NCBI GenBank assembly: GCA_964354805.1
Contig: CAYHBD010000009.1
Span: forward strand, 64,001-128,000
Source: an uncultured archaeon
GTDB lineage: Archaea; Iainarchaeota; Iainarchaeia; Iainarchaeales; GCA-2688035
DNA: 64,000 nucleotides
Direction of reading: 5' to 3'
The notes under the pieces are model-generated. The model worked only from the letters and a program-made list of their open reading frames with translations. It made no database searches and was not told the DNA's origin. Made by a program: the position numbers and the translations under genes. Shown here piece after piece: positions 38,680-48,859 of this stretch (its first letter is position 1; each line of letters starts with the position of its first letter).

Positions 38680-39705
38680 ATGCAGAGCAAAGACGGCATT
38701 ACTTGCCTTGGCATTGAGAGCACCGCACTCTAGAGGGTTCTAGGCGGATATACTTTCGGTGCCGGAATAGTTAGCGACAGCTGCGGCAAATGCAATATTC
38801 TCGCAAACGAAAAGCACAGCGTTTCAACAGCACAGGGCGGCCTGATTCCCCGCGAATTGGCAGCGCACCATTTCAAGCACGCGAAGCAGGTGATAGAGGC
38901 AGCGCTGCAAAAAGCCAACCTGAAAATTGCAGATGTTGATTTGATTGCATTCAGCCAGGGGCCTGGCATTGGGCAGGCATTGAGGGTTGGGGCTGTTGCA
39001 GCAAGAACGCTTGCCCTCGCGCACAACAAGCCGTTGCTTGGCGTGAACCACTGCGTTGCACACGTTGAAATAGGAAAGGCACTTACTGGGGCAAAAAACC
39101 CGATTGTAGTTTATGTAAGCGGTGCAAACACGCAGATAATCGGCTATGAGGAAGGAAAGTATCGTGTTTATGGTGAAACACTTGACATTGGAGTTGGAAA
39201 TCTGCTGGATGCGTTTGGCAGGGCGCTTGGCTTGGGTTTCCCGGCAGGGCCTGTTCTGGACAAAATGTATTTTGAAAAAAAGAAATATGTTCCACTGCCT
39301 TACACTGTAAAGGGAATGGATTTGGCTTTCTCAGGGCTGCAGACAGCGGCAGAGCAAAAAATTGCAAATGAGAGAAAAGAGGACTTGGCTTACAGCCTGC
39401 TGCACAATGCCTTTGCAATGGTTACAGAGGTAAGCGAGAGGGCCCTTGCACACACTGAGAAGAACGAATTGCTGCTCACTGGCGGAGTTGCTGCAAGCAA
39501 GGCGCTGAGGGAAATGCTGCAGAAAATGTGCGATGCGCGTTCATGCAAGTTTTTTGTCCCGCCTTTTGATGTGTGCGTGGACCAGGGAACAATGATTGCA
39601 TGGCTTGGATTGATAATGCACAAAGCAGGCAACAGGATGAAAGTGGAAAACAGCGTTGTCAACCCAAAGCAGAGGGCTGACCAGATTGAAGTGAACTGGG
39701 TTTAA
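38680..39705 (+). CDS. kae1: tRNA N6-adenosine threonylcarbamoyltransferase Kae1; spliced join(38680..38728,38750..39705), 334 aa
   Basis: LGIESTA[H]TFGAGIV after removing 21 nt; GGLIPRE, SQGPG, VNHCVAHVE, VSGANTQ, GETLDIGVGN, GGVAA; ORF track sees only the part after the in-frame TAG. Confidence 0.93.
38729..38749 (+). other. Putative BHB-type mRNA intron in kae1
   Basis: Central helix CCGC/GCGG, 3-nt bulges AC|T and AT|A, inner stem CTAGA/TCTAG with GGGT loop, outer stem GAGAGCA/TACTTTC; in-frame TAG at 38731. Confidence 0.85.
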
Positions 39706-39990
39706 GGCATTATAGCATAGGACAAAAATAAGTAAACTTTTTTGGGGGTAATACGCTTCAAATTGGCGAATAAAAACAAGCCTTGCAATTATCAAAAAAA
39801 GTTTCGAAATTAATGTCCCTGACTATTAGTACACCTTTCAAAAAATAACTGTTTTTAATATAATTCCTTTAAGGTTATTTAAATGAAGCAAGAAAGAAAG
39901 CCGCGCTGGAAAATGACTGATGCCGAGAAGAGCAGAGCCTGGAAAACCAAGGATAACAGTTCCACTCAATTTTACAGTGGCAGGGCTGCT

Positions 39991-40809
39991 ATGCGCACTG
40001 AAACGAAATTGATTTTTTTGGTTGCATTGATTGCAGCTTTTGCGCTTGGCTTGTTTACTGCCTCTTATTTGCAGCCTTCTTCAATTCCAAGCGTTATTCT
40101 GAAGCAATTGCCTGCTGCTGAAAAGTTTGAGAGCAGCATTAACATTGTTGCCGCAAGGACACAGGGCGAAGTGGGTGTTGTAAGCCAGGCGACAGCTGAA
40201 ATCATTGAAGGAAAGGGCAGGGTGCTGTTTTCCTTGAACCCGTTTGTTGAGCCTGACACCCAGCAGAGCGCTGAAACAGCTGTTGCTGTTGCACAGCAGT
40301 TCACCGGGAAGAGCCTTGCAGACAGGGATGTAATTTACGGAATTGAGAACATTGATGCGCAATTGGTTGGAGGACCAAGCGCTGGCGCAGCGCTTACTGT
40401 TGCAACAATTGCCGCGCTGGAGGGAAAAAAGGTAAGGGAAGATGTAGCAATCACTGGAACAATTCAGGCAGACGGCTCAATCGGCCAGATTGGCGGAGTG
40501 ATTGAAAAAGCAAGCGCATGCGCTGAAACAGGCTTGCGCCTGTTTTTGGTCCCAAAGGGGCAAATGAATTTAACCTATTATGAGCAGCAGGTGCAGGAGG
40601 AAAAGCACGGCTTTGTCACAATCCAGAGAATCAGGTATATTCCAAAAACACTGAATCTGAGTGACTATGCAAAAGAGCAGGGCTGGAGTTTGGAAGTAAA
40701 GGAAGTAAGCAACATTCAAGAGGCAGTAAATTACCTGATTGAACAAAAGGGGCACGTAAAGAAATGCAGCGAAAAGACTGGCAGTGAATTACCTGATTGC
40801 CCAAATTAA
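39991..40809 (+). CDS. Membrane-anchored Lon-type (S16) Ser-Lys protease domain protein lacking ATPase (ORF open from 39883)
   Basis: N-terminal TM, GGPSAG, AITGTI..DGSIGQIGGVIEKA. Confidence 0.85.
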   Translation: MRTETKLIFLVALIAAFALGLFTASYLQPSSIPSVILKQLPAAEKFESSINIVAARTQGEVGVVSQATAEIIEGKGRVLFSLNPFVEPDTQQSAETAVAVAQQFTGKSLADRDVIYGIENIDAQLVGGPSAGAALTVATIAALEGKKVREDVAITGTIQADGSIGQIGGVIEKASACAETGLRLFLVPKGQMNLTYYEQQVQEEKHGFVTIQRIRYIPKTLNLSDYAKEQGWSLEVKEVSNIQEAVNYLIEQKGHVKKCSEKTGSELPDCPN

Positions 40810-40944
40810 TGCTACATAACGGGTGTTTGGCTTTTCAAAAACCCCCCAAAAAAAGAAATTTATAAAAGCAAAAACGCCCTAATTTTAATGCATTTTTTGC
40901 CTTAAAATGCTTGATTTTTGTGCCTCGCCCACAATATTTTGCGG

Positions 40945-42285
40945 CTATTTGTTTAATTTTAGTTTATTTAATATATAATATATTGGGAGGCTTGCTGCGA
41001 AGGCGATTAGGGCAAAGCCCATTAAAAGAGGCGGGAATTGCAGCAGCATTGCAAGGCAGGTTATTGCACCAAAAAAAGGCAGTATGGGAAACCTGCCTAT
41101 TGAAAGCGGCGTTTTGAAGGTTCTTTTTGCATTTGGCTTTGCATAGCGCAGCGCAACAACGCAGCAGTTGACTGCAAAGAAAATCAGGAAAATCCCCAAA
41201 TTTGAGAGGGATGCAACTGATTTGATGTCGCCAATTAAAGCGAATGCCATTGCAAAAACCATTGTCAGAATAACTGCGATATAAGGGGTTCCAGCCTTGG
41301 GATGGATTCTGCGCAAAAAAGCAGGCAGGCATTTTTCCTCGCTCATTCCGAAAATCCGCCTGCTTACCGAAATCAGGGCAATCAGCACAGTGTTTGCTGT
41401 TGAGCACAGAGCAATCAATGCAAGCAAAGTGAACGCGTCAGGGCCAAATGCCTTTTGCGCAACCGAAGCAATCGGGGCGCTGCTCTGGCTCAGCTGCTGC
41501 CAGCCCAGAACGCTTACAGCCGATATTGAAACTAGGATATATAAAACAGTTGAAATAGCAAGGCTCAAAAGCATGGCAATGGGGATTGTCCGCTTCGGGT
41601 TCCTCGTTTCCTCGGTTACATTCGCAAGGTCCTCAAAGCCGATGTAAGCGAAGAAAATCAATGCAGCTGCGCCTGCAACAGGCTGCAGAAAATCAAAGAT
41701 ATTTGCGGCAGCATTCGGGGTTTCAAAATAATTCACCGAGCCGAAAAAAGGCAGGCCGATTGCGATTATTATCAATAACCCAGCCAGTTCAATTGAAGTT
41801 AAAACAGTGTTGAACCTCGCTGACTCCTTCATTCCGATGAAATTCACAACTGAAAGAACGGCAATCAGGCCGAGCGCCGCTGGCAGAAAAAAACCCGGAA
41901 AAAACTTGGTGAAATAGCCTGCAAAGCCGAGCGAAACAGTTGCAGCGCACAAAATTCCCGCAGCCAAAGCAATCCAGCTGACAAAAAAAGCCAGGCTGTT
42001 TCTCTTGAAAGCGCTCTGCATGTAAACATACTCTGCCGCTTCTCGCGGAAACATGCCGCTCAATTCAGCATAGCTCAAGGCAGTGAAACCTGCTATAATT
42101 GCGGAAACAACAAAACTCAGCCACAAGGCGTTCCCGGCAATGCCTGCACCCTGCCCAATCAAAACATAAATTCCCGCCCCAAGGATAATTCCAATTCCGT
42201 AAAGGGTTGCCTCAAACAAGCCAATGTTCCGCTTCAAATGCGGCTTGAAAATCCTCGGATGCGGCTGATGCAAAGGATGCCTCAA
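40945..42285 (-). CDS. APC-family amino acid permease
   Basis: GIILGAGIY, SYAEL, FFAYIGFE, EETRNPKRTIP, TPYIA. Confidence 0.93.
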   Translation of the reverse strand: MRHPLHQPHPRIFKPHLKRNIGLFEATLYGIGIILGAGIYVLIGQGAGIAGNALWLSFVVSAIIAGFTALSYAELSGMFPREAAEYVYMQSAFKRNSLAFFVSWIALAAGILCAATVSLGFAGYFTKFFPGFFLPAALGLIAVLSVVNFIGMKESARFNTVLTSIELAGLLIIIAIGLPFFGSVNYFETPNAAANIFDFLQPVAGAAALIFFAYIGFEDLANVTEETRNPKRTIPIAMLLSLAISTVLYILVSISAVSVLGWQQLSQSSAPIASVAQKAFGPDAFTLLALIALCSTANTVLIALISVSRRIFGMSEEKCLPAFLRRIHPKAGTPYIAVILTMVFAMAFALIGDIKSVASLSNLGIFLIFFAVNCCVVALRYAKPNAKRTFKTPLSIGRFPILPFFGAITCLAMLLQFPPLLMGFALIAFAASLPIYYILNKLKLNK

Positions 42286-42346
42286 AGCAAAAAACCCCTC
42301 GGCTCTTTCAAAACCCCATTAAGGCAATACATTGAAAACCGCCCCT

Positions 42347-42901
42347 TCACTTCTTTCTGTACCATGCAGTGTACCTGTACAGCCAGTAGAACAAGGCAAG
42401 GACAACAATTGCAACAATTGCATTCAGAACAGTTGTAACAGGCGGGTAGATATTCCTCTGTTCCCAAGGAATCAATTCAAAGTCAGGCTCAAAAAAAGCA
42501 TAGGCGGCAATAACCACTGCAGCAACAAACATCAGCTGAATGAAAAAAAGCGCTGTTGCCTGCTGGTCCTTTGCCTTGCGCAGCTTTTCCTTTGCAGCCT
42601 GCTTTATTGTTGCACCAGCCATCTTTTGGGCAGCAAACAAAGCAGGGTGCTTTTTCTTGACAGCAAAATACATTGCAACAATCAGAACAAGAATAAAAGC
42701 AAGCAAAACATACTCAATAGGCTCCCTGCTCAAGCTGAACTGAAAAGGGTGTTCAGAAAAAACCCGCAAGCCAAACAAATAAAGCAGCTGGTAAACAAAA
42801 AGAATCACCAAAACAATCTGGGCAAACAAAAAAGCAATTGCCCTCCGCTGCTCCCTAATCGTCTTCCGCCTGATTCTAATCATGCTATAAAAGAACAGCA
42901 T
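42347..42901 (-). CDS. Hypothetical membrane protein (about 4 TM)
   Basis: Hydrophobic segments; start uncertain. Confidence 0.6.
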   Translation of the reverse strand: MLFFYSMIRIRRKTIREQRRAIAFLFAQIVLVILFVYQLLYLFGLRVFSEHPFQFSLSREPIEYVLLAFILVLIVAMYFAVKKKHPALFAAQKMAGATIKQAAKEKLRKAKDQQATALFFIQLMFVAAVVIAAYAFFEPDFELIPWEQRNIYPPVTTVLNAIVAIVVLALFYWLYRYTAWYRKK

Positions 42902-42988
42902 TCGAGTATAAAAATTTTAAGGAAAGGAAAAACTGCCTGCAAAATTGCAATTGCAAAGGTTTTTTAGGAAAAACAACAATAAGTTTTT

Positions 42989-44296
42989 ATGAATCCAAGA
43001 AGAACTGCCACAAGAACAAAGAAAAAGCTGGTTATGTTAACTGGAACCGCGCAGCCCAGAGAAGACCTAAGAAGGCTTGTTGCATGGCATAGCCTTGAAC
43101 AGCCGGAACATGTGCTCAGGGTTGCTTCAAGCAAAAGGCTGCAACAGGCAAGCCAAGCCTGGGCAAAAAAATTTCCTGGAATAGGAAGGAGAATTGCAAA
43201 AACCCCACCACCTGAAAGGCTTCGGGCAATGCAAAAAATTGAACAGCTTGGAATACGCCAAGTGGAAAATGCACTGCGAAAAGGCTTTGCTTTGAAAGAG
43301 GTGCTGAACTATCCAACAAGGGTAGAGCTCGCTGCTTTTATCCGCAGGACAACACCTGAAAGAGTGAAAATCCTCAGTGGCTTTGGCTTAAACGAAATCA
43401 ATGCAAAAAACCTCTGCATATTGTTTGAGTGGCAGAGCCCTGAAAATATCCGCCAATTTTTTTCAGAATTGCGGAGAACAAGCATTGACCCAAACACGCT
43501 GAGCCCAAAACAGTATACCCAGTTTTATTCAACCGGAAAATGCGATTTGCTTGATTTTGAAACACCAAAAGATAAAAGACTAAGAGTGTTAGGCCACACT
43601 TCCAGGAGCGTTATTGCCTCCACTAAGCCAATAACGCGATTTGTAGACTTCAGAAGGCACGGCAGGGCGCTTTTTTCAAAGAACTTCGCCTTTTCAGAAA
43701 ACCTGCGGCAATCGCTTGCAGAAAAAGGAATTGCTGCATTTGGTTTTTCTGCAAAAGTGAGAAAGATCGTAAGCTCGAATCCCCTTGTAGGTTTCCCCGA
43801 CAGGCATGCGTTTTACTTGGAAGTGCCGGAAATCGCTGACCTTTTGAGGGAAGCAAGGCCAAAAAGGCAGCACCTTCGCAATGCGCTTGCATTTGCGGAC
43901 GTAACATTGATTCCAACACAAAAATACATTCACATCTATGAATTGCAGTCAGATATTGTAGGAAAGCTGAGAGAGCCGAACAGGGAAAAATACAAAAGCT
44001 GGGCTGAACTCACTGTTCTTGGCTTGGCAGATTTTGCCGCAAAAAACGGCTACGAGTTTATGGACCTCTCAAGCCCACACATAATAAAACAAGTCTGGCC
44101 CCATCTTGGCAGAGAACTAACGCAAAGGCTCTACTATGATTTGCCCAAAAAAATGGGTTTTGAACTTTTCAAAAGAAAAACAGCAGTACAACACTATGAC
44201 AGCGCCTTTGGAGAACAGCAGTTTGGAAAAAGCAATATTGTATGGCGAGTTGAAATAAATACCCTCAAGAAAAAGTTCCCAGAATTCTTCACCTAA
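42989..44296 (+). CDS. Hypothetical protein
   Basis: 435-aa ORF with basic N-terminus; IYELQSD motif. Confidence 0.7.
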   Translation: MNPRRTATRTKKKLVMLTGTAQPREDLRRLVAWHSLEQPEHVLRVASSKRLQQASQAWAKKFPGIGRRIAKTPPPERLRAMQKIEQLGIRQVENALRKGFALKEVLNYPTRVELAAFIRRTTPERVKILSGFGLNEINAKNLCILFEWQSPENIRQFFSELRRTSIDPNTLSPKQYTQFYSTGKCDLLDFETPKDKRLRVLGHTSRSVIASTKPITRFVDFRRHGRALFSKNFAFSENLRQSLAEKGIAAFGFSAKVRKIVSSNPLVGFPDRHAFYLEVPEIADLLREARPKRQHLRNALAFADVTLIPTQKYIHIYELQSDIVGKLREPNREKYKSWAELTVLGLADFAAKNGYEFMDLSSPHIIKQVWPHLGRELTQRLYYDLPKKMGFELFKRKTAVQHYDSAFGEQQFGKSNIVWRVEINTLKKKFPEFFT

Positions 44297-44354
44297 GGGG
44301 CTTATTCCTCAATTTTTATCCCGAACTCTTCATCAATCTCTTTTGCGGTTTTCT

Positions 44355-44795
44355 TCACTCGTCAATTTTTATCCCGAATTCCTCATCTATTTCCTTTGCG
44401 GTTTTCTTCATCCGCTGGAAAATCCTCTCAATGTCTTCCTCAATCTCCTCAATTGTTCGAAACATTGACCTGCTTCTCGGCAGATAAAAGCGCCCCTCTC
44501 GAACAACAAGACCAGAGCGCAGCATATTGTTCAAATGGTTTATTACGCTTCCCCTGCTCATCTCAACCCTCTTTGCAAGAGCAGTGGAAGTCAGGGGCTT
44601 GCTTCGCTCAGCTCCCTTAATGATTTCCTTGAAAACACTAGCTGCTGTCTTCTCCCTGTCAATAGGTTCAAAAAAGCCGAGGCAGTTGCACAGCCAGTCA
44701 AGCTCTTTGTCAATGCCGTGGCTGAAAGGCTTTTCCACCCTTCTCACAACAATCTTGAAAGAAGCCCTCCTGACGGTTTTTGGTTCCGGGCTCAT
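44355..44795 (-). CDS. Winged-HTH (ArsR-like) regulator divergent from grpE
   Basis: LTSTALAKRVEMSRGSVINHLNNMLRSGLV; ATG at 44795. Confidence 0.85.
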   Translation of the reverse strand: MSPEPKTVRRASFKIVVRRVEKPFSHGIDKELDWLCNCLGFFEPIDREKTAASVFKEIIKGAERSKPLTSTALAKRVEMSRGSVINHLNNMLRSGLVVREGRFYLPRSRSMFRTIEEIEEDIERIFQRMKKTAKEIDEEFGIKIDE

Positions 44796-44886
44796 AAAAT
44801 AATAAGAAAAGGAAAGCAATTTAAACATTTTGTTTAAGAAAATATGTAAATGATTAAATAATTTAGACATTTGGCAGTGATTTTGC

Positions 44887-45519
44887 TTGCAGAAAAAAGA
44901 AACCGGCACAACAGAGAAAAAGCAGAAACATGCTGAGAGTACAACTGAAAAAAAACAGGAGCAGACGGGAGAAGAGAAAAAGCAGTTGCACCAGCAAATT
45001 CAGGAACTTAAAGAGACATTGCAGCGCGTGCAAGCTGACTTTGAGAACACATGCAAAAGGACGGAGAAAGAAAAGGCTGAATTCAGGAAGTATGCGAATG
45101 CTGCTATGGCAAAGGAATTGCTGCCTTTGCTTGACAGCATGGATGCTGCTGTTGAAAAGCTGCAGAAGCAGGAAGATGTGAAAAAGGAGGAGATGTTGAA
45201 TGGATTGCGATTGTTGCGGATGCAATTGCTGCAGTTGCTGCAAATGCACGGGCTGCAGGAAATAAAATGCCTGGGCGAGAAATTTAATCCAATGCTGCAT
45301 GAAGTAGTAACGCAGGGATGTGATGAAAGCAGGCAGGAGGATTGTGTGCTTGATGAACTGCAGAAGGGTTATTTGCTGAATGAAAGGGTTTTAAGGCATT
45401 CAAAGGTTAAAGTAAATAAGAAAAAAGAAGAGAAAAAAGGGAATGATGCTGAATCAACGGGTAAAAAAGAAGGGCAAAAGAATGGCGAAAAAAAGGGAAT
45501 TGCTTCAAATAATGCATGA
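44887..45519 (+). CDS. grpE: Nucleotide exchange factor GrpE
   Basis: RVQADFEN, LLPLLD, FNPMLHE, QKGYLLNERVLR; start uncertain. Confidence 0.95.
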   Translation: MQKKETGTTEKKQKHAESTTEKKQEQTGEEKKQLHQQIQELKETLQRVQADFENTCKRTEKEKAEFRKYANAAMAKELLPLLDSMDAAVEKLQKQEDVKKEEMLNGLRLLRMQLLQLLQMHGLQEIKCLGEKFNPMLHEVVTQGCDESRQEDCVLDELQKGYLLNERVLRHSKVKVNKKKEEKKGNDAESTGKKEGQKNGEKKGIASNNA

Positions 45520-45627
45520 AAAGGTGAGCAAAAGAATGGTAAAGAGACCAAATCCAATTGATGTGCCGGATGAATTGTTTCCGGACATGCCGAATGACGG
45601 CGATGATTTTTAAGGGAGTGACGAGAA

Positions 45628-47499
45628 ATGGGCAAAGTTATTGGAATTGACTTGGGAACTTCGAACAGCGCTGCTGCTTTCCTGGAAGCCGGAAAGCCGA
45701 AAATTATTCCAAGCGCTGAAGGCGCTTCGGTTTACGGAAAAGCCTTTCCCTCTTATGTTGCTTTTACAAAAGAAGGCCAGGTGCTTGTGGGAGAGCCGGC
45801 AAAAAGGCAGGCAGTAAGCAACCCTGACAATACTTTCACTGCTTTTAAAAGAAAAATGGGCACTGACTTCAAATACAAAGCCAGGGGCAAAGAGTACACC
45901 CCGCAGCAATTAAGCGCTTTCCTCCTGCAGAAAATAAAGAAGGATGCCGAAGAGTTTTTGGGAGAAAAAATTGAAAAAGCAGTTATCACTGTTCCAGCTT
46001 ATTTTGACGATAATCAGCGCCAAGCAACAAAGGATGCAGGAGAAATTGCAGGCATGCAGGTGATTAGAATTGTTAACGAGCCAACGGCAGCCTGCCTTGC
46101 ATATGGCCTAGATAAAAAAGCAAAAGAGCAGCGGATTCTTGTTTTTGATTTCGGCGGCGGAACACTTGATGTAACTGTAATGGAATTCGGGCAGGGCGTA
46201 TTTGAAGTGAAATCAACCAGCGGTGACACACTGCTTGGCGGAACAGACATGGATAACACGCTTGTTGACTTCATTGCAGCTGAATTCAAAAAAGAGCAGG
46301 CAGTTGATTTGAAAAAAGATAGCATGGCAATGCAGCGCTTGAGGGAAGCAGCCGAAAAGGCAAAAATTGAATTGAGCACAGTGCTTGAAACAGACATTAA
46401 TCTGCCATACATTACAGCAGACAGCTCAGGCCCAAAGCACCTTGCAATGAAAATCACCAGGGCAAAGCTTGAGAAGCTGATTGAGCCGATTATTAAGAGA
46501 TGCGAAAAACCTGTGAAGCAGGCACTTGCCGACGCAAAAATGCTGCCTGCAGACATAAACAAAATCATAATGGTTGGAGGCCCAACAAGAATGCCCTGCG
46601 TGCAGAGCTTTGTTGAAAGCATTGCAGGCACAAAAGTTGAAAGGGGCGTTGACCCAATGGAATGCGTTGCTGCAGGGGCTGCAGTGCAGGCAGGTGTTTT
46701 GAGCGGAGAAGTCAAAGATGTCCTGTTGCTTGATGTCACTCCATTGACCCTTGGGATTGAAACGCTTGGCAGCATTCGAACACAGCTTATTGCAAGGAAC
46801 ACAACAATTCCAACAAAAAAGAGCCAGATTTTTTCAACGGCAGCAGACAGCCAGACAGCCGTTGACATTCATGTGCTGCAGGGAGAAAGGGAAATGGCCA
46901 GAGACAACAAAAGCCTTGGCAGGTTCCAGCTGGTTGGAATACCGCCGGCGCCAAGGGGAATTCCGCAGATTGAGGTAACATTTGACATTGATGCAAATGG
47001 AATAGTGCATGTTACAGCAAAGGATTTGGGAACAGGAAAAAGCCAGAGCATCAAAATCGTTGCATCGCAGAAGCTGAACGAGGATGAAATTGAAAGAATG
47101 AGGAAAGAAGCAGAGCAGCACGCTGCAGAGGACAAGAAAAGGAAGGGAGAAGCTGAAACAATCAACGAAGCAGATGCCGTTACTTACAGCACTGAAAAGC
47201 TGCTTGAAGAAATGAAGGACAAGGGTGAAAAGGAAAAGCTTGACAAAGTGAAAAAGCTCAATGACGAACTGAAAGAGCTTCTTGAGAAAGAGCCGAAAGA
47301 CGCAGGAGCAATTAGGGCGAAGATGGATGAATTGAGCAAAAAAACGCAGGAGATTGGAACAGAGATTTACAGGAAGGCTGCGGAAGAGGCTGCAAAAAAA
47401 CAGCAGGGAGCGCAGGGGGCAAAGGGCAGCGGAGAGCAAGGCGGAGAAGACAATGTTGTTGACGCTGACTACGAAGTGCGAGACGAGGACAAAAAATAA
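45628..47499 (+). CDS. dnaK: Chaperone DnaK (Hsp70)
   Basis: [47 protein letters not shown]. Confidence 0.98.
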   Translation: MGKVIGIDLGTSNSAAAFLEAGKPKIIPSAEGASVYGKAFPSYVAFTKEGQVLVGEPAKRQAVSNPDNTFTAFKRKMGTDFKYKARGKEYTPQQLSAFLLQKIKKDAEEFLGEKIEKAVITVPAYFDDNQRQATKDAGEIAGMQVIRIVNEPTAACLAYGLDKKAKEQRILVFDFGGGTLDVTVMEFGQGVFEVKSTSGDTLLGGTDMDNTLVDFIAAEFKKEQAVDLKKDSMAMQRLREAAEKAKIELSTVLETDINLPYITADSSGPKHLAMKITRAKLEKLIEPIIKRCEKPVKQALADAKMLPADINKIIMVGGPTRMPCVQSFVESIAGTKVERGVDPMECVAAGAAVQAGVLSGEVKDVLLLDVTPLTLGIETLGSIRTQLIARNTTIPTKKSQIFSTAADSQTAVDIHVLQGEREMARDNKSLGRFQLVGIPPAPRGIPQIEVTFDIDANGIVHVTAKDLGTGKSQSIKIVASQKLNEDEIERMRKEAEQHAAEDKKRKGEAETINEADAVTYSTEKLLEEMKDKGEKEKLDKVKKLNDELKELLEKEPKDAGAIRAKMDELSKKTQEIGTEIYRKAAEEAAKKQQGAQGAKGSGEQGGEDNVVDADYEVRDEDKK

Positions 47500-47560
47500 T
47501 ACCAGAAAAACAAAAAGCCCCTTTTTTAATTTCTTTTCAATTAATTTTAACTGATTTGGC

Positions 47561-48709
47561 ATGCCAGAAAAGCGCGATTACTATGATGTTCTCGGATTGA
47601 AGCGCGGCGCTTCAACTGATGAAGTGAAAAACGCTTACAAAGAGCTTGCGAAAAAATACCACCCTGATTTGAACAAGGAAGCAGGCGCTGAAGAGAAATT
47701 CAAGGAATTGCTGGAAGCATACCAGGTTCTTTCCGATCCGGAGAAAAAAGCAAACTATGACCAGTTCGGGCACGCGGCCGAAGGGTTCCAGGGCTTTCAG
47801 GGATTCAGGGGCGCCGGAGCAAGAGGCTTTGATTTCGATTTCGGGGACATCTTTGAAAACATGGGCGGATTCAGCGAATTCAACCTCGGAGACCTGTTCA
47901 GGGAAGCGTTCGGTGGCAGGGGAGCAAGAGCAGCCCCAAGCCATGGAAGCAACTTGCGGCTGGACTTAAGCATCAGCTTTGAGGAAGCAGCATTCGGGGC
48001 AGAAAAAACAGTGCACATTGAAAGAGTAGAAAGCTGCGATGCATGCAATGGAAAAGGCGGTAGCGGGGAAGAAACATGCAGCCAATGCAAAGGGCACGGA
48101 GTAATAACCCAGAGCAGGAGAACAATGTTTGGAGTTTTTTCAACACAATCAACCTGCGGAAAGTGCGGCGGAAGCGGAAAAACAGTGCGAAACATCTGCA
48201 AGTCATGCAATGGAAAAGGAAAAATAAAAATCAGAAAAGAAATCAAGGTAAAAATTCCGGCTGGAGTGAACACAGGAAACCACCTGCGCTTGCACGGGCA
48301 GGGCAATGCAGGCAGCAGGGGCGGAAGAGCAGGCGACTTGTTTGTTGTGATTTTCGTTGAACCGCACGATGTTTTCAAGCGGGATGGAACAGACATTTTT
48401 GCTGAAGTGCCGATTTCTTTTGCCGAAGCAGCGCTTGGAACAAAGCTTGATGTTCCAACACTGGATGGAGAAGCAACAATCAAAGTGCCTGCCGGAACGC
48501 AGACCGGAACAATCTTCAGGCTGCGGGACAAGGGAATAAAGGAACTTGAGGGAAGCGGCTTTGGAGACGAATATGTCAAGGTAATTGTTGAAACCCCAAA
48601 GAAAATGAGCAGCAGGCAGCGTCAGCTGTTTGAAGAAATTGTGAAAGAAGAAAACCTGCGCGAGGAAAGGAAAGGCTTTTTTGCGAAAGTTGGAAAAAAA
48701 TTTAAGTAA
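47561..48709 (+). CDS. dnaJ: Chaperone DnaJ
   Basis: HPD J-domain, G/F region, four CxxCxGxG. Confidence 0.98.
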   Translation: MPEKRDYYDVLGLKRGASTDEVKNAYKELAKKYHPDLNKEAGAEEKFKELLEAYQVLSDPEKKANYDQFGHAAEGFQGFQGFRGAGARGFDFDFGDIFENMGGFSEFNLGDLFREAFGGRGARAAPSHGSNLRLDLSISFEEAAFGAEKTVHIERVESCDACNGKGGSGEETCSQCKGHGVITQSRRTMFGVFSTQSTCGKCGGSGKTVRNICKSCNGKGKIKIRKEIKVKIPAGVNTGNHLRLHGQGNAGSRGGRAGDLFVVIFVEPHDVFKRDGTDIFAEVPISFAEAALGTKLDVPTLDGEATIKVPAGTQTGTIFRLRDKGIKELEGSGFGDEYVKVIVETPKKMSSRQRQLFEEIVKEENLREERKGFFAKVGKKFK

Positions 48710-48744
48710 TATTTTATTACCCAAATTCACATGGTTGAGTAAAC

Positions 48745-48849
48745 ATGCCCAAAAAAAATTTGCATGACGAATTCCTGCACAAAATACAGCAACAGAAAAT
48801 GAAAGAATTGTGGGATAACAAAGAAGACGAATTCTGGGAAGACGTTTAA
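48745..48849 (+). CDS. 34-aa micro-ORF, antitoxin C-terminus-like
   Basis: MPKKNLHDEFLHKIQQQKMKELWDNKEDEFWEDV. Confidence 0.45.
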   Translation: MPKKNLHDEFLHKIQQQKMKELWDNKEDEFWEDV

Positions 48850-48859
48850 TCCAGAATTT

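Noticed and set aside
38680-39705. kae1 as a pseudogene, or amber (Pyl) read-through at TAG 38731
   Set aside because: The rest of the gene is intact. Read-through would leave 7 extra residues and no His in the ESTAHT motif, whereas BHB excision restores it exactly.
44302-44411. Diversity-generating retroelement TR/VR pair or prophage att site
   Set aside because: Differences are not adenine-specific in one direction, and no reverse transcriptase, integrase or intervening element is present.
45561-45588. Hairpin between grpE and dnaK as a CIRCE element
   Set aside because: No match to TTAGCACTC-N9-GAGTGCTAA; probably an ordinary mRNA stem-loop.
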